A stretch of 64,000 nt of DNA from Octopus bimaculoides (lineage: Eukaryota). Position numbers and translations under genes: made by a program. Location: assembly GCF_001194135.2 (NCBI RefSeq), contig NC_068983.1, positions 23,001,518 to 23,065,517 of the forward strand, read 5' to 3'. Below the pieces are notes generated by a model. It did no database searches. It saw nothing but the letters and a program-made list of their open reading frames with translations, and had not been told where the DNA came from. Each line of letters begins with the position of its first letter. The first letter of the stretch is position 1. This document shows, piece after piece, positions 35,738 through 49,756 of the stretch.

Positions 35738-37937
35738 AGTTCCTATCCTTATGAATTTAAACTTGCTGTAAAATGAGAAAACGAAACCTGTGAAATGGGC
35801 AGCTTAGTGTGAAAATGAAATCAACCACTTTCATTGCTATTTAAGTATTCAGGATATCACTGATTAAATCCGTAAACAACATTAAAATGTAAACAATTTA
35901 TTCTTAAATTCATTTACATAATAGTACAAAGTTTATGGTCAGACAATAATTTCTAACACAAATAGTACCACAGCTCACTTTGGCTAAGTCCTTGTGGATT
36001 GCATTTGTACAGAAAATCTGAGTACACCAATAGATAACCATAAGTTTATAGATTCAATCGAAATGTTACTTTGTTATATCGATTAAAAAACAATGAATTT
36101 ATGAGCTAAATATTCACAGATGGTTCAAATGAACATGACTTGAACAAAACTTATTGAAAGCTGGTCCATTCTGTATGTGGGAGTTTTTCCAAAATCTAGG
36201 GCAGTTGATCAGTTTGTGCTCTCATTGTGAAAAATTAGGTCTCTTTCTAGGCCACATAAAAATGATTCAAATACCTAAGCTGCTCTTTCAAAGCACTATC
36301 TATGAACAAATGAAATAGGTAAATTTCATTTGATCACAAATCATTACTTTTCAAAAGAAAAATTAGTCAATTTCACTATGCATGCACGTGTGTGTATGTA
36401 TGTATGTATGTTCCAGTTTTAGCCAGCAAGGATATGCTATATCTGCAATTTGTAGTTTGAATTTAATAAAACAGTCTGTGTTAAAGTGATTAATGCCCCA
36501 AAAAATAATAAGTAAATAAAGAATATGTGGTGTCTCATAATTTATTGTGTTACCACTAAAGGGCCATGTGATGATACTAGGAGAGATACACTGGAATGAT
36601 TTCCTATTGCCCTAGTTAAATATGTAACCAGTATAAGCTTAAAAAAACACCCCTAGCTGCTTATAGTAATAACATGCATAGACTTACTGTGTTTGTTTAT
36701 AATTGAAGGTATCAGGTCGTTTGTATGTGGTTTCAGTCAGACAGTAGAACTTCATTTACATTGTATTAGCTGTGACTTCTTCAAATGTTAGGCAAATATT
36801 CAAATTTGCATATCCCACTCCCACCTTATTTTGATACATAAAGATCTTCACTGGTCAAATATTCTTTATAGTCTAAATCCACTCTCTCTGGTCATTTGAG
36901 GTTGATTGTGCTGATTCAGAAATACAATCCATTTTCGTCATATTCTCCTAATTCTGTGTCCCTTCCTGAAGCAAATTTAACAATACACCAACAACTTTCC
37001 ACACATACGTATTTGATAACATTTCCTTTTATGTTTATAAAATATAGTATAAAATAGTAATTAATTCAGTTTAATCAATTTTATTAATCACAGGCTCCCT
37101 CATAGGGTCATAAAGTATTATTTATACTACATGTGTAAAAAAGGAAAAACCCAGAATCCCCTAATATCTATAAAAAAAAGAAGCATGTTTAAACAAGTGA
37201 TTAACTCTAGTTTGATTAACCTTGAGAATCATGTGGGCTCTTCCATTTTGTATTACAAGTCAAGTATGTTCAATATAAGTAAAGAATTGAAGTTTTACTA
37301 GTTTACTTTGTTTTTTCTTAATTCCTCATACTCCATCATGGCCTTAGCTGTGTTGGCTTGACCAAACTAAAGAAACACCTATTGTTATGCTGCAATAAAC
37401 TTCTGATATAACATTCTTTACATAACAGAAAAAGTTAAGATTTCTAAATGGTTCAGTCAATAGTCTACTTTAATATCTCAAAGTTTCTGAATTCCTGTTT
37501 ACTACTTTTGACGACTTGGTATCCTGCAGTCTATGAATTCATATTTACCACTTGCTTTTCTTGTTTCATTGTGCCACTGGACAAAACACTTCCATTATAT
37601 ACATCATTTCCAGGCTGACTAATGCTTTGCAAGTAAATTTGGTTGATGGAAAATGAACAAAGCTCATTGTATATGTGTACATGTATCAGTGTGAATGGAA
37701 AAGCTCACTACAAGCAGTGAAGTTTTGTTACTGTTTCCTATCAACAAATTGTCTGCTAGCTTTGTGCTTTCAAAGACATCGTTTAACATCCGCTGTGGAA
37801 TAAAAATCTCTCTTGCTTGAAAACCTGATATATTTAGTCACTGGAAGAGAATCCAACTGTAAAACAATACCTAAATAATTTGTACTTGTCTAAGCCACAC
37901 TAGCATGAAAAAAAAACCCAATTTACTTTAAAAGAAC

Positions 37938-38808
37938 GAGCATAGGCATGGCTGCATGCTAAGAAGCTTGCTTCCCAACCACATGGTTCTGGGTTCAGTC
38001 CCACTGAGTGGCTCCTTGAGCAAGTGTCTTCTACTATAGCCTCGAGCTGACTAAAGCTTTGTGAGTGGTTTTGGTAGACAGAAACTGAAAGAAGCCCATC
38101 ATATATATAGATATATATACTGCCATATATATTTATTACCACCTGACTGGCCCTCATGCCGGTGGCACATAAAAAGCACCCACTACACCCTCGGAATGGT
38201 TGACGTTAGGAAGGGCATCCAGCTGTAGAAACTTTGCCAGGCGGCGAGCTGGCAGAAACGTTAGCACGCCGGGCAAAATGCTTAGCAGTATTTCGTCTGC
38301 TGCTACGTTCTGAGTTCAAATTCCACCGAGGTCGACCTTGCCTTTCATCCTTTCGAGGGTCGATTAAAAAAGTACCAGTTACGCACTGGGGTCGATATAA
38401 TCGACTTAATCCATTTGTCTATCCTTGTTTGTCCTCTCTGTGTGTTGCCCCTTGTGGGCAGTAAAGAAATTAGAAACTTTGCCAGATCAGATTGGAGCCT
38501 GGTGCAGCCTTCTGGCTTGCCAGCCCTCACTCAAACCATCCAACCCATGCCAGCATGGAAAACAGACGTTAAAAGACGATGATGATGATATATGTATGTA
38601 TATGTTTGTGTGTCTGTCTGTCCCCCACATCTCTTGATAGCCAGTGTTGGTGTGTGTGTACATCCCCGTAACTTAGTGGTTTTGCAAAAGAGACCGATAG
38701 AATAAGTACTTGGCTTTCAAAGGATAAATCCTGGGGTCGATTCATTCAACTAAAGGTGGTACTCCAGCTTGGCTCCAGTCAAATGATTGAAACCAGTAAA
38801 AAGATAAG
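37938..38808 (+). mobile_element. Triple nest: A SINE containing C (38136-38590) containing a young B (38241-38470)
   Basis: B is flanked by the 15-bp TSD TAGAAACTTTGCCAG (38226-40, 38471-85). C sits in the central microsatellite of A. Confidence 0.9.
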
Positions 38809-41800
38809 GGAATCTCCCTGGAATCTTCCCTGGAAAAAAATTGTATTAAAGTTTAAGCTCTTGTTTTATAAAACACACACACATACACCGTGTGGAAATT
38901 TTATACATACATATATATAAAATATCCGCTAAGTTCTATACTTTATTTGAACAAAATGTTGGATGACTGTGACTTCAAAGTTTCACTGCCAGCAGCACGT
39001 TTAACAGACTTAATGATCCACTGTCAACAACTTCAAAATCACAGTCTCTCTACATTTCATTCTATTAAAATATTTAGACTCTATATTGGGTTCTTAATCA
39101 GTTATTGTTACCTATTGCCTTTTAAGATTTCTTAAAAACACAAACATCAGGTAAATTTTGTACCTTTATTTTTTAATATTAGGGTATTATTAGTTTAAAC
39201 CTTGAAAATTTATAATCATTCTCAGGTTTCTTTCTTTAGAAGTCGTATTTTGTCCTTTTTTATCTTTTTTAGTTTTACTTCTAGTCTAGCATTTAGATTA
39301 TTTTACTTGCACTTAATGGATTCCCTTCAAGTATAGAAAATTTTGTTTTTCATTTCTTTACATATGTCATAAGGAGGGAGGAAAGTGAGGGAGTGTGTGT
39401 GTGTGTGTTTCTGTTCTATGTTTTTTTTTTTAATACATGTTTGGATATTCAACTATTTTCATCATCAGTTAACCTGAATCGAAATCCTGCTTTCTTGCCT
39501 TGCAAGTGCATGCGCAGTCTTTATTTATTGATCCACATTCCTTCTATGACAAATTGTTGCTGTAAAGCTACTGTGTAGTGGTGTGGGAGTGAGAAAGGTT
39601 GCGGAAGGCTTCTTATTTCCAAGATCAATACTATTGAATGATTATCATAGAAAAAGCAATCAAAATAAACCAAACAACTTTTCTATAGGATTTGGTGGGG
39701 GCGGGGGGGCATATTTTATTTTTTGTTTTGTTTTCTCTTTAATACTTAATTTCCTTGTTTTCTTTGCTTCTAGAATATGAAAGCTGTATACTCTATGCGA
39801 CTGTTTTACTATAAATATATCTATTTTATTGACCTCTACCACCACACCAGCCATCTGACTAACTCCCCACAGAATTTAATCTCTTTTCTCCCTCCCCACA
39901 CACACGCACACACACACATTTTTATTTCAGTGTAATTTCCTTTGACTCTAGTATTTATAAAATCAACATCGTCATCAGGTAATGAGTATTAGTAAGAGAG
40001 AGATAACCTACGTGGATCCTTACCTAAGTACCCACCTATCCTCATTTCTAACATGCTAGAGGTTGTCATTTATGAAAAATAATTCTAATTATATTACAGA
40101 ATGGCTTTCAGTCATTTAGTTGAATTTTTTTGTTGTTGTTTTTTGTTGTTGTTTTTTTTGTTGTTTTTTTTTGTGTGTGGCTTTGTCTCTCGTGCACATT
40201 CCTCTTCAGTATGATGCTGTTGATTGTGATATGCAACTTCACTATCCAATCAAATTTGCTATTGTTAATGTGTTGGAGATGTGTAGTAGTATATGCTGAA
40301 GCAGGGTGTTGCAAGCAGCTCGGTGGTGTTGGATAAGGGAGTAGCAGCTCCTTCGATGTTTCTCTTGATTTCCCCTTTTGCCTGCTACCATGTGTGCATG
40401 CATAGTTTATTTCCCTCCATTTTTACACTGGTATAGATGATACATGCCGTAAAAATTTTTGTGGGTGGGATTGGCGATGTATTATTGTAGGAAATAATCT
40501 TTTAATCTATAGCCATGGATGAAATATCTATCTATCTATACTATACATACCCATTGCTTTAACAATGTCCCATATTAACTGGATTACAGTTTTCTATCTG
40601 AATTCTTGAATTCCTGGTCTTTTTTTTATATCATTATAATCATATTCATCAAATAATTTTGAAACACGGTAAGATCATAAATCATTTCTCTCTATCTGTC
40701 TGCCTATCTCTCACTTAAGTTAATTAAGTATAGACTTTCTTTGTCTCTGGTACAAATTTATGTTTAACTCTTTGTTTTGAAATTGCATCATGTCATATCA
40801 AATGGTTTGTGTGTTGTTTTGTTGCGGGGTGCAGAGAAGTTTGGTTGGGTGGGTGGTCAAATATAGAGAATGTTACATGGGTATTGTCACACAGGTTGCT
40901 GGGCAAAGTATATAACGAACGGGTCTTTGTATGGGTCAGGTGTAAAGAAACGCTTTAAAATTTAGGTGAATGGGACTGAAAGTTAATAGCCATGGCAGGA
41001 GGAAGTAGCAATAAGCAACGTCTGATGTTGTGTTAATATCATTAAGCAGCAGTTGCAATAGCAGCAGTTGTATGTTGTTGACTGTTGACACACAGTGTGA
41101 CACTTCAAATATGCCTTGTTTTCTAACGGCTAGCAAAGAAAGAAGGGGAAAGTGTAGAGTAAGGGAGTGACATTGCATGCCAACATTTCTCTAGTGTTTA
41201 ACTTCTATTATGAAACTAGACCTTTCCATCAAAATGCTAATGGAAAGTACATCTGATTTCTCAACCCCTTTCTATTTATTTCTCATTTTTTTTTTTTACC
41301 TTCACCACCACAATCAACATCAAATAGTTAACCATGCTTTTCTTCATTTTCATTCTGTCCGTAACTTATTGTCTCCCATTATTAGCAGCCACCACCATAA
41401 CTATTTGTATTTGAGTGTATATATTCAACAATAAAATTTCAAACTAGTTGACAACTTAAGTATTTATTTTCTTTCCATCTACTCTTTTTAAATTTAGTTT
41501 CCATGTATATTAAATTTTATTTATTCATTGTTTCTTTTTCCTTTTTTTTAAGATAATTTATATAAAATACAGTGTTGGGTATCCTCTATCTTATTATTCC
41601 TAACGTTTTTTATGACCCTGGAAGCATAAGACTGCACCTCTGAGGTTTCTGTATTTAAACAACCTGTTCCGATTAAAGCTTAGAAGTTTGAGGCCTTTGG
41701 TTTATTGAAATAAGTTTGTATATTAAAGCAAGGCATAAATACTTCAAAGACTCAATATCCCACAAAAGGTTAAAATCGTATTTATTCATTTGTAGAGCAA

Positions 41801-43444
41801 TTAATTATTTACATAAAGAACCCTTTTATACAACCTAAATACTACACATTTGAGTAAAATCACTTTAAAAGACTTGTGACATATTATGCAATGTTTAATT
41901 AATATAACCAGCTTAATATTTTGTGAAATATATGATACAATATTTTGTTGGAGATAATTTTAACATGATTGGTGTTTTTCTTATATCCTATATTCCATGC
42001 TTGATCAGATCACCTTGTTTAATATTGCTGTTTATTCATAACTTTTAATACAGGGGTCAGTTTGAAATGACTTAGTAATCTTACTTAAAATAAAGACAAG
42101 ATTTATAGGCTGTTCTAGAAATCTGAAAGTTTATTATTACACACATTTTGTCTCTATCAGTAGTTTTCAACCAAGAAGACTAGAGTAATTTTGAAAAAAA
42201 TTAGTTGTTCAAATTTTGTAGTTAATAATCTTTAGATCCAGTTTTAAAAACAATCACAAGCATTGCATTCTTGAATGTGTGTCTGGTTAAAGAATAGCTA
42301 CATATCTTCCATTTTAACGCAAGTAAATAAGGAAACATTTGTCCATTATAAAATGCCCTGACTGCTTACATCTATGATTTATATTACTTCTTGTATGTAT
42401 TTATTGCTAGATAAACTATTCTGTTGTGAGTTAAGTTTCATTGCCAGAGACATGACTCGGTACCAATGAAAGGCATGCAAACTTTTGAGTTTTTATCTAC
42501 TTCTCTAACATTCCACTGACCTCAACCATCCAAAGCTCTTACTGCCTAATATAATTGGGAAGACTAAATAAATATCTGTATGATTACACTTAGTTACCAG
42601 CAGATTGTTTTGGAATTAATATTTGAAAAGAATATATCTTTAAAAGCAGATTATTTATCTTTATATAGAATCATCATCATCATGTGTGTGCAAATTTTCT
42701 TTCCACTAATGCTGCAACTGATACTTTGTCTTCCAAGTATAATTTGAAACCAGACTTTGTAAAATACTCACCCAGGTAAATTGAACCAAGGGAACCTCTA
42801 TGCAGTCTCTAGACATACTCAAATAGCAGCTAAATTTCCCTTCAAATCACACTTTATTGTCTTAAAAAGGAAGGATACAGAAACTGTATCCTTAGTTATG
42901 CAAAAAGATGGGGTGGTCATGGCTAGAATACCTTTGATAATAGATCTGCTTGATAAGGGCTGACTCAGGACTAAACTACAAGCAGTAACATATTTAAAAC
43001 ATTTTTTTATCTTAATGTTTTAAGCATGAAACTATTGCTCTATAAATTATAGGTATGGTAGGATTTCCCATATGCAATATAGAGAGTTGATTAACTGAGA
43101 TTATCCACACAATTAGTGGTCAAAAACCCCTAGCATTTGTTTAAAATGTAAAAAAAAAAAAACAGAAAAAGAGAGAGAGATAACAATAAAATATACACAA
43201 TGCAGCATGGGAGGTTCTGTAAACTTTAAAAAAATAACCATACTGAAAGTGGAAGATGATTTGACCTAGGCAGTTATATAAAGAAAAAATACTACTTTAT
43301 TTGAAATTTTATGAAAAAAGCTAAGTCAGATGAAAAAAATAAAGATTATTGAATGTAAATATATAGTTTTACATTAAAATGTGGCTAGACTCCAGAAAAC
43401 ATTAGGTTTGATTTGTTTGTATTAATATACATCATGGCTGAATG

Positions 43445-43960
43445 NNNNNNNNNNNNNNNNNNNNNNNNNNNNNNNNNNNNNNNNNNNNNNNNNNNNNNNN
43501 NNNNNNNNNNNNNNNNNNNNNNNNNNNNNNNNNNNNNNNNNNNNNNNNNNNNNNNNNNNNNNNNNNNNNNNNNNNNNNNNNNNNNNNNNNNNNNNNNNNN
43601 NNNNNNNNNNNNNNNNNNNNNNNNNNNNNNNNNNNNNNNNNNNNNNNNNNNNNNNNNNNNNNNNNNNNNNNNNNNNNNNNNNNNNNNNNNNNNNNNNNNN
43701 NNNNNNNNNNNNNNNNNNNNNNNNNNNNNNNNNNNNNNNNNNNNNNNNNNNNNNNNNNNNNNNNNNNNNNNNNNNNNNNNNNNNNNNNNNNNNNNNNNNN
43801 NNNNNNNNNNNNNNNNNNNNNNNNNNNNNNNNNNNNNNNNNNNNNNNNNNNNNNNNNNNNNNNNNNNNNNNNNNNNNNNNNNNNNNNNNNNNNNNNNNNN
43901 NNNNNNNNNNNNNNNNNNNNNNNNNNNNNNNNNNNNNNNNNNNNNNNNNNNNNNNNNNNN
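43445..43960. other. Assembly gap (516 N), followed by poly-T
   Basis: N run. Confidence 1.
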
Positions 43961-44389
43961 TTTTTTTTTTTTTTTTTTTTTTTTCAGTTTTTACTTTCTA
44001 CTTATAGAGAGATTTTCATAGTTTTTAATGTTGTGATATGTCATTTCACTTCTGCATTTTGCTTCTGATGTGTGTAACTTATTTAAACATTTTAAAACAT
44101 TTGAATGATGTGTGTAACTTATTTACTCAGAAAACATTTGTAAACTTGATTAGGAGAGTTACAGATTGGTAGAAGTAGTAATAATGCTCGAGAAAAGGAT
44201 TAAAGATAAGAGAGTATTGTAATAAGATTAGTTGCGTCTTAATAAGATGCTGGAAACATAATGGTGTTGAGGGGGGAGGGGGAACTAACAATGTATTGAT
44301 TTCTTTTGTTGATTAAACCGGTTGGTTCATATGCTTGGTAACCTCGTCTCTTCATATTTTCTGTATCTTAATTTAATACAGAGGAAGTG

Positions 44390-45140
44390 GGTGTACTTTT
44401 GGCTTTAACATTCCTCTGAAACTAGTGAGATTGATGCTGTTGAACATTCTGGTTAAACTGTTCTAATTCAACAGCTGCTGAAGAAATTTGTATAAAGGAT
44501 TTCCAAAGGACTGACATTCCAAGAAGGAAGAACTGGATATGTTGGTTTATGTAGGACCTGGAGTGGGGTTACAGTATGGATGACAAGGAGAGGAGAGAAG
44601 ATTGAGTTCAGATGGCACAAGACTAACCCACTATAAGGAACAGAAGCCAATGTAATAGTGGTATAAAAGGCAGAGCAAAGATACAGCTTGTTTTTGGGCC
44701 AGATGTTGGATTTGTCTCTGTGGCTGACTTAATACCAGTCAATCAAGTAACCGTTCTTTAAACAGTCTGGGATGTATGTCTGTGTGTGTAATAACAGTTG
44801 CACCATTCCAGACGTGGGAAAAGTTCTCAAATATGGATCTCACCTGTGTTTTGGTGAAGGATTAGTAATTGTTGGTAGCCAATATATTTTTAGTTTAGTA
44901 GAAGGCTAGTCTTTCAGATGAAATCTTTGCTATGTTGAGGGTGTGCATTCACTAGGAGATATCTTAGTGATGGTGATGGTTAGCATTTGAAATGTTCTTG
45001 AAGGTTCTAAGCGCTTGTTTTTAATTTACCCCCACTCATGAAGATAGATGAGGTGTGATTATCCAGTGATTATGTCTTTGTGCTGTTGAAGGAAATAAGA
45101 TTGGCATGACTCCATTGGAGAATGCTTTCGTGGAATTTTT
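44390..45140 (-). mobile_element. Decayed CR1-clade LINE ORF2 3' region
   Basis: Minus-strand translation KTQVRSIFENFSHVWNGA...QHLAQKQAVSLLCLLYHYYIGFCS, matching the CR1-type post-RT pattern YKAQVRP.MEY.SH.W.GA...R.V.SL..FYRYY.G.CS. Confidence 0.75.
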
Positions 45141-45699
45141 TTTTTTACCCCAGGAGTATAAAGAGCAATTAACTTGAACTTATTGCCACATTATATCACT
45201 CTTAAGATTTGCACTAAAATAAAATAATGATGGGACTATATACTTTCTTAATTACCTCAGACTGTTGATTGGTAGAATCATTAATATTTGTTCAGTTCCT
45301 TATATTGTGTTTACCTGTGATGACGCTGGTGACAAACTGTATCAGCCCTTGCCTTTTCCTTGAATAACATTAGCAACATGAAAAGGGGAGATATCCTGCA
45401 TGAGCAACTGCTGGTCTTAAAAAGGGGAAGAAAAACAAAAAACTTCAGGCCTACTCCTAAAGAAAGTTTTTCAGGTGCAGATACATCAGATATATGTTCA
45501 ACCCTAACATCAGAGGCCATAGAAGTAGCCCATGTGTGAAAAGTACAATTAATATACCTAATATGCAAGATTAAGAACAATAATTTTCAAGGAAAATTAT
45601 ATGTTGTTTAGAAAAACAAACTGAAAAAATATACATGGTCGGAGATGAACATGAGATATCTGAGAATATTTCTTAAAGATACAAAGTTATGAGGCATCT

Positions 45700-46370
45700 G
45701 CCTCTGCACATCATCAGAGTTTCACATCTGCTTTTCTAGATTTGCATGCATTGGACAGTTCTTCTCCAGCACAGTTTCTTACTTCTCCCTTAAGTATTTC
45801 AGTCTCCTGAGATTAGCCTTCACTTCTTACCATGTCTACAGTTTTCCACAGGTTCCTCTCACATGGTTTATTTGATAATTTTTTTTTACCCAGCTGTCAA
45901 CCTCCATATACATCATATGTCCATGCATTTACACTTGCATTTCATATCCAACAGAGCATGCTCTCTACTGTTTCTTTCACATATCATCATGTGTTTCACT
46001 ACCATGCAGTATGCACACAAGCATCATACAATCTACCTTTCACTCACCCTCTGCTGCCAACAAGTAATGGATCACTAAAATGTTTTCCACCCTGTTCTTA
46101 CTTTGAATGAATGAGTTTTCATCAATGTTCTCGCTTCAACTGCTCTTGTGCATATGATACATACAAAGTCTTTTCTCCTTGCTTGCCTGTGAGCCTACTG
46201 CATTTTTTTGTGTGGTCATAGTTAACATAAAGTACACCATATGGAATTGCTACCTACTTCTCAACATTTCAGATGGTAGTTAAGTCCTTAAGGCCTCTTA
46301 TTTACCACTAGTTCTCTTCCTATGGATCATAAGCCACCAACAACTTTCTCCACTATTCTTGGCTTTGATG
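45700..46370 (-). mobile_element. Decayed RTE-clade LINE ORF2 3' end with tail
   Basis: Minus-strand PLLV...VKGRLYDACVHTA and ...TVLEK near the ORF end, followed by a degenerate C/F-type tail and GATGATG. Confidence 0.8.
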
Positions 46371-46995
46371 CTTCTGTAGCTTTGCTTTTTTCTAGGCAAG
46401 CGTGTCAAACCTACACAAACCCATTTTTACCTCTGGGAAGAGGTGATTCATATTAGTCTGACCCCTGTTCTTGACATGTCCAACATGAGAGGCTCTGTCA
46501 GGAGGTTGCACTCTGCTGGCATATCTTTCAGGACCATTGAGGCATACAAGCCACAGCAACAAGAACTGGACCACCTTGTGGTGGAAGTAAGAAGCCTCTT
46601 GGTTTTAGGTTTTGCTTCCATATTTAGAATTTCTTCTCTAATTTTTTTTTTTTTTTTTTTGACTGGTTCAGCCATGAGAACTCTGTCATTAACTTACAGA
46701 GAGAAGTTCCCACAGTCAGTCAGTCTTAAAGTACTCTGTTATAGCCAGGAGATTTATAATAAACATACTTATAATTTTGTTTCATCAGATGTAGAAAAAA
46801 TTCATTTCATGAAACATCAGTATGTGTGTGTGCATGCACTATCATTATGTAAATATTTTTAGTTCATGCATTGACATCAGAACTGTCACATATAACATGT
46901 GACAAGTTTGTAGTAGTTGTTTTTGTTCTCCAGTTTATAGTAGTGGAACTGTTTGTACAAACATTTGATAACTGATTGAAAGGCTTGTATTGACC

Positions 46996-47642
46996 TGCAG
47001 GCATGGCTCTGGGGTTAAGAGGTTAAGAGGTACCTTGGGCAAGTGTCTTCTGTCATGTCACAGGTTAATCAGTACCATGTGAGTGGGATTTGATAGACCA
47101 TGTAGAAGCCTTTGTGTGTGTGTGTGTGTGTGTGAACACACATATACACACTTTCCTATGTCAGACATCATTGTAACACTTCAAATAACATACCTACAAT
47201 TCAACCCATGAAACAAATGACCTTATCAAATATTTTTTTTAAAGATTAGCTTGTATGGCTAAGAAGTTCACTTTACGACATGATTTTTGGTTCAGTCTCA
47301 CTGCATAGCATTTTGTATAAGTGTCTTCTATAGCCCTGTACTGAGCAATGCTTTATGATTGAATTTGGTAAGCACATATAATAGGAAGTATATCACACAC
47401 ACACACATGCACACAGATGTGCATGAACATCCCATAGCTTTGCTTAAGTGAAACGGTGAATGATGTTTACACTCCTTGTTGTCATGCATGACCAGTCCAC
47501 TTTGCACTTTCAAAATAACCAATAGAATAAATAATCCCTTACTTGAAACAGGTAAGGGTTTTAGTGACAGGAAGAACATCTGGTCATAAATTGCTACTTC
47601 AAATATGGTCCCAACCAAAGCTGGTATAGAAAAACAACGTTG
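46996..47642 (+). mobile_element. Fragmented A/F-type SINE cluster
   Basis: Two A-type heads and an F body/tail. Confidence 0.6.
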
Positions 47643-47919
47643 AACAAAGGAGCAAATGTGTACATATATACATATGTGTGTGTCTGCTGATTGATCCTTG
47701 TCAGCGAAGGATATAAACCAATTTTTGTTCTACACTGAGGTATAGATACTCCCTTGTTTCTCTCAACAACAGAAATAAAGTGAGCAATGATATTATTGAT
47801 CACCAATTTGAAAACTATATAAGTAACCCACAAGTCCAGCACTTTGGGTATTTCTAAATATGTTCTGTGGGTGAGTGTCTAGGTTGAACTTATTCTGATA
47901 TAGGCTACATTGTGCTAAA

Positions 47920-48094
47920 ATTACTCTGTCAAATGTAATGCTTACATTTTTTCACATTGTATTAAATGTAGCTTTGAGATTTTAATAATATAATTGTATA
48001 TTGTAGAGCAGTGTGAGAGACTGGATCTGGTCAGTTTGAACAATAAACAGGAAGAATATTTGGGCCAGATATGGCCAGTTTAAATACTAAAGGG
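47920..48094. mobile_element. piggyBac-like MITE, 5' end lost
   Basis: Ends ATGGCCAGTTTAAATACTAAAGGG|TTAA; body as in 13181-13400. Confidence 0.7.
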
Positions 48095-48372
48095 TTAAAG
48101 TCAGTGTAAAATTTGACGAGAATTATATGAATCTCTTTCATTGGTTCAGTTTAGTTAGGACAAGACCTATATTTACACACACACACATATATATAGAAGA
48201 CTGTTTTCCAAAATGGAGGCAAATACCTTTCTCCATGTGATTGGCTTGAAAAATTAAGATACTAGGGTATTTTCTTACTTTCCTTAACATGAAACCAATG
48301 GTAGCCTTAATTCACAAATCAAGAAATTACATATCCACCAATGTGGTGTTGAGCATTCATTTCACATTTACT

Positions 48373-48470
48373 TATATATGTATATATATGTGTGTGTATG
48401 TATATATGTGTGTATATATATGTATATATGTGTGTATATATATATATATATGTATATATATGTGTATATA
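48373..48470. repeat. Compound (TA/TG)n microsatellite
   Basis: Read directly. Confidence 0.9.
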
Positions 48471-49709
48471 TAAGAAAATTAAATCGATATGGATATTTTT
48501 GTTATTGTTGTCTGCTCAATTATGTAATTAATTTATTGTAATAATTAGATTTATTTAATGCGATAATTATTTTTTCTCTTAAATTTGTTTAAGTAGTAAT
48601 ATAAAGGAAAAAGTAAAGCCTTTTTAAATCGGCTTTAAATTGAAGCAGTGAGTGACATCATATTTATTGTACTAGGATTTGCCTCCGCTCCTCAGAGGCA
48701 ACTTTCAAATAATTAGGTAATATTTAAATCGGAATTAAACTAAAATGTTTCTCTTTTTTTTTTTTTCTTTTCATTTTAATCCTTGAAGATGTCATTTTCT
48801 ATTTGTTGCTAAAATTTACAATTAAATCCCCTTTAATATACCTCTCTTACTCCTAAAGTTAGTAAGTTCAACAGTTAATGAAGTTTTTTATAACAATGAC
48901 CATCTTATATTTGATGACAATCATTTTACATTCTTTGTTTGCTTTTCCTGGAATATTTTTGGGTGACAATATGCAGCTGGGTGATAGGTTTGAAAGAGGT
49001 TTAGTGGTTTTGTGGCAGAATTAGAGCATTTGTTAATCTCTCTCTGTGGCTAGATTAGTTTTTACATGTCACTGAATTTAATTGCTAATATTTTGACCGT
49101 ATAAAAGTTTGAAGACTTAATAAATACTTCCGCATTTTTTTTTTTAAACCTAAAATCAATTTTCATCTCTATGCTAATTTTTTGTCTGGAGTGGGAGGAA
49201 TACAAGTAATTAATAATCAATAATGCATATTCTGATATTGTAAATGGTCTTTTTATAGTCAATATACATCTATACGTTCTTGTGTTTATCTAATTGCATA
49301 TACATTTCTGCATATATGTGTGATCACCATTGTCCAAGCTTAATTCATATGTTCCATGCTAATTAATAATGAGAAGTGGAAGTGGGGTACTACTTAGTCG
49401 CTCAACCTGCTAGGAATAGCAGTCAGATCATCCTCAAATCAAACTTTACTGTCTGGTGAAGGGAAGAGCATAATGGATAATGTTGTCCTTTTGTCACACT
49501 GTTCTGTACAAAGATGGAATTGTCACACCTTGAATGCCTTCAATCAGAGTTCTGCTAAATCAGGGTGGCTTGTAGTTAAAGAACAATATCAACTACATTT
49601 TCCTTATGCACTAATTGCCTTATCCACTTAAACCACCAGATCATTATTTATTCTGGATATGTAGCAGTAGTAGTAGTAGTAGTAGTTGTTGTGTATGTAT
49701 GTTTGTGTG

Positions 49710-49712
<3 letters not shown>

Positions 49713-49754
<42 letters not shown>
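49713..49754. repeat. (GA)n microsatellite
   Basis: Read directly. Confidence 0.95.

Positions 49755-49756
<2 letters not shown>

Noticed and set aside
43445-43960. Missing exon hidden in an N gap
   Set aside because: Exons 2 and 3 already join in phase and give a continuous spectrin-like repeat, so no exon is required. An alternative exon cannot be excluded.
43413-44068. 200-aa ORFs
   Set aside because: Artefacts of translating through the N gap and poly-T.
44066-44125. 20-bp perfect direct repeat TGATGTGTGTAACTTATTTA x2
   Set aside because: Simple local tandem duplication with only two units.
46443-46862. Longest gap-free ORF (139 aa)
   Set aside because: No domain I recognise and no splice signals in phase. 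It runs through a T-tract and abuts an RTE remnant, so it is probably a TE relic.
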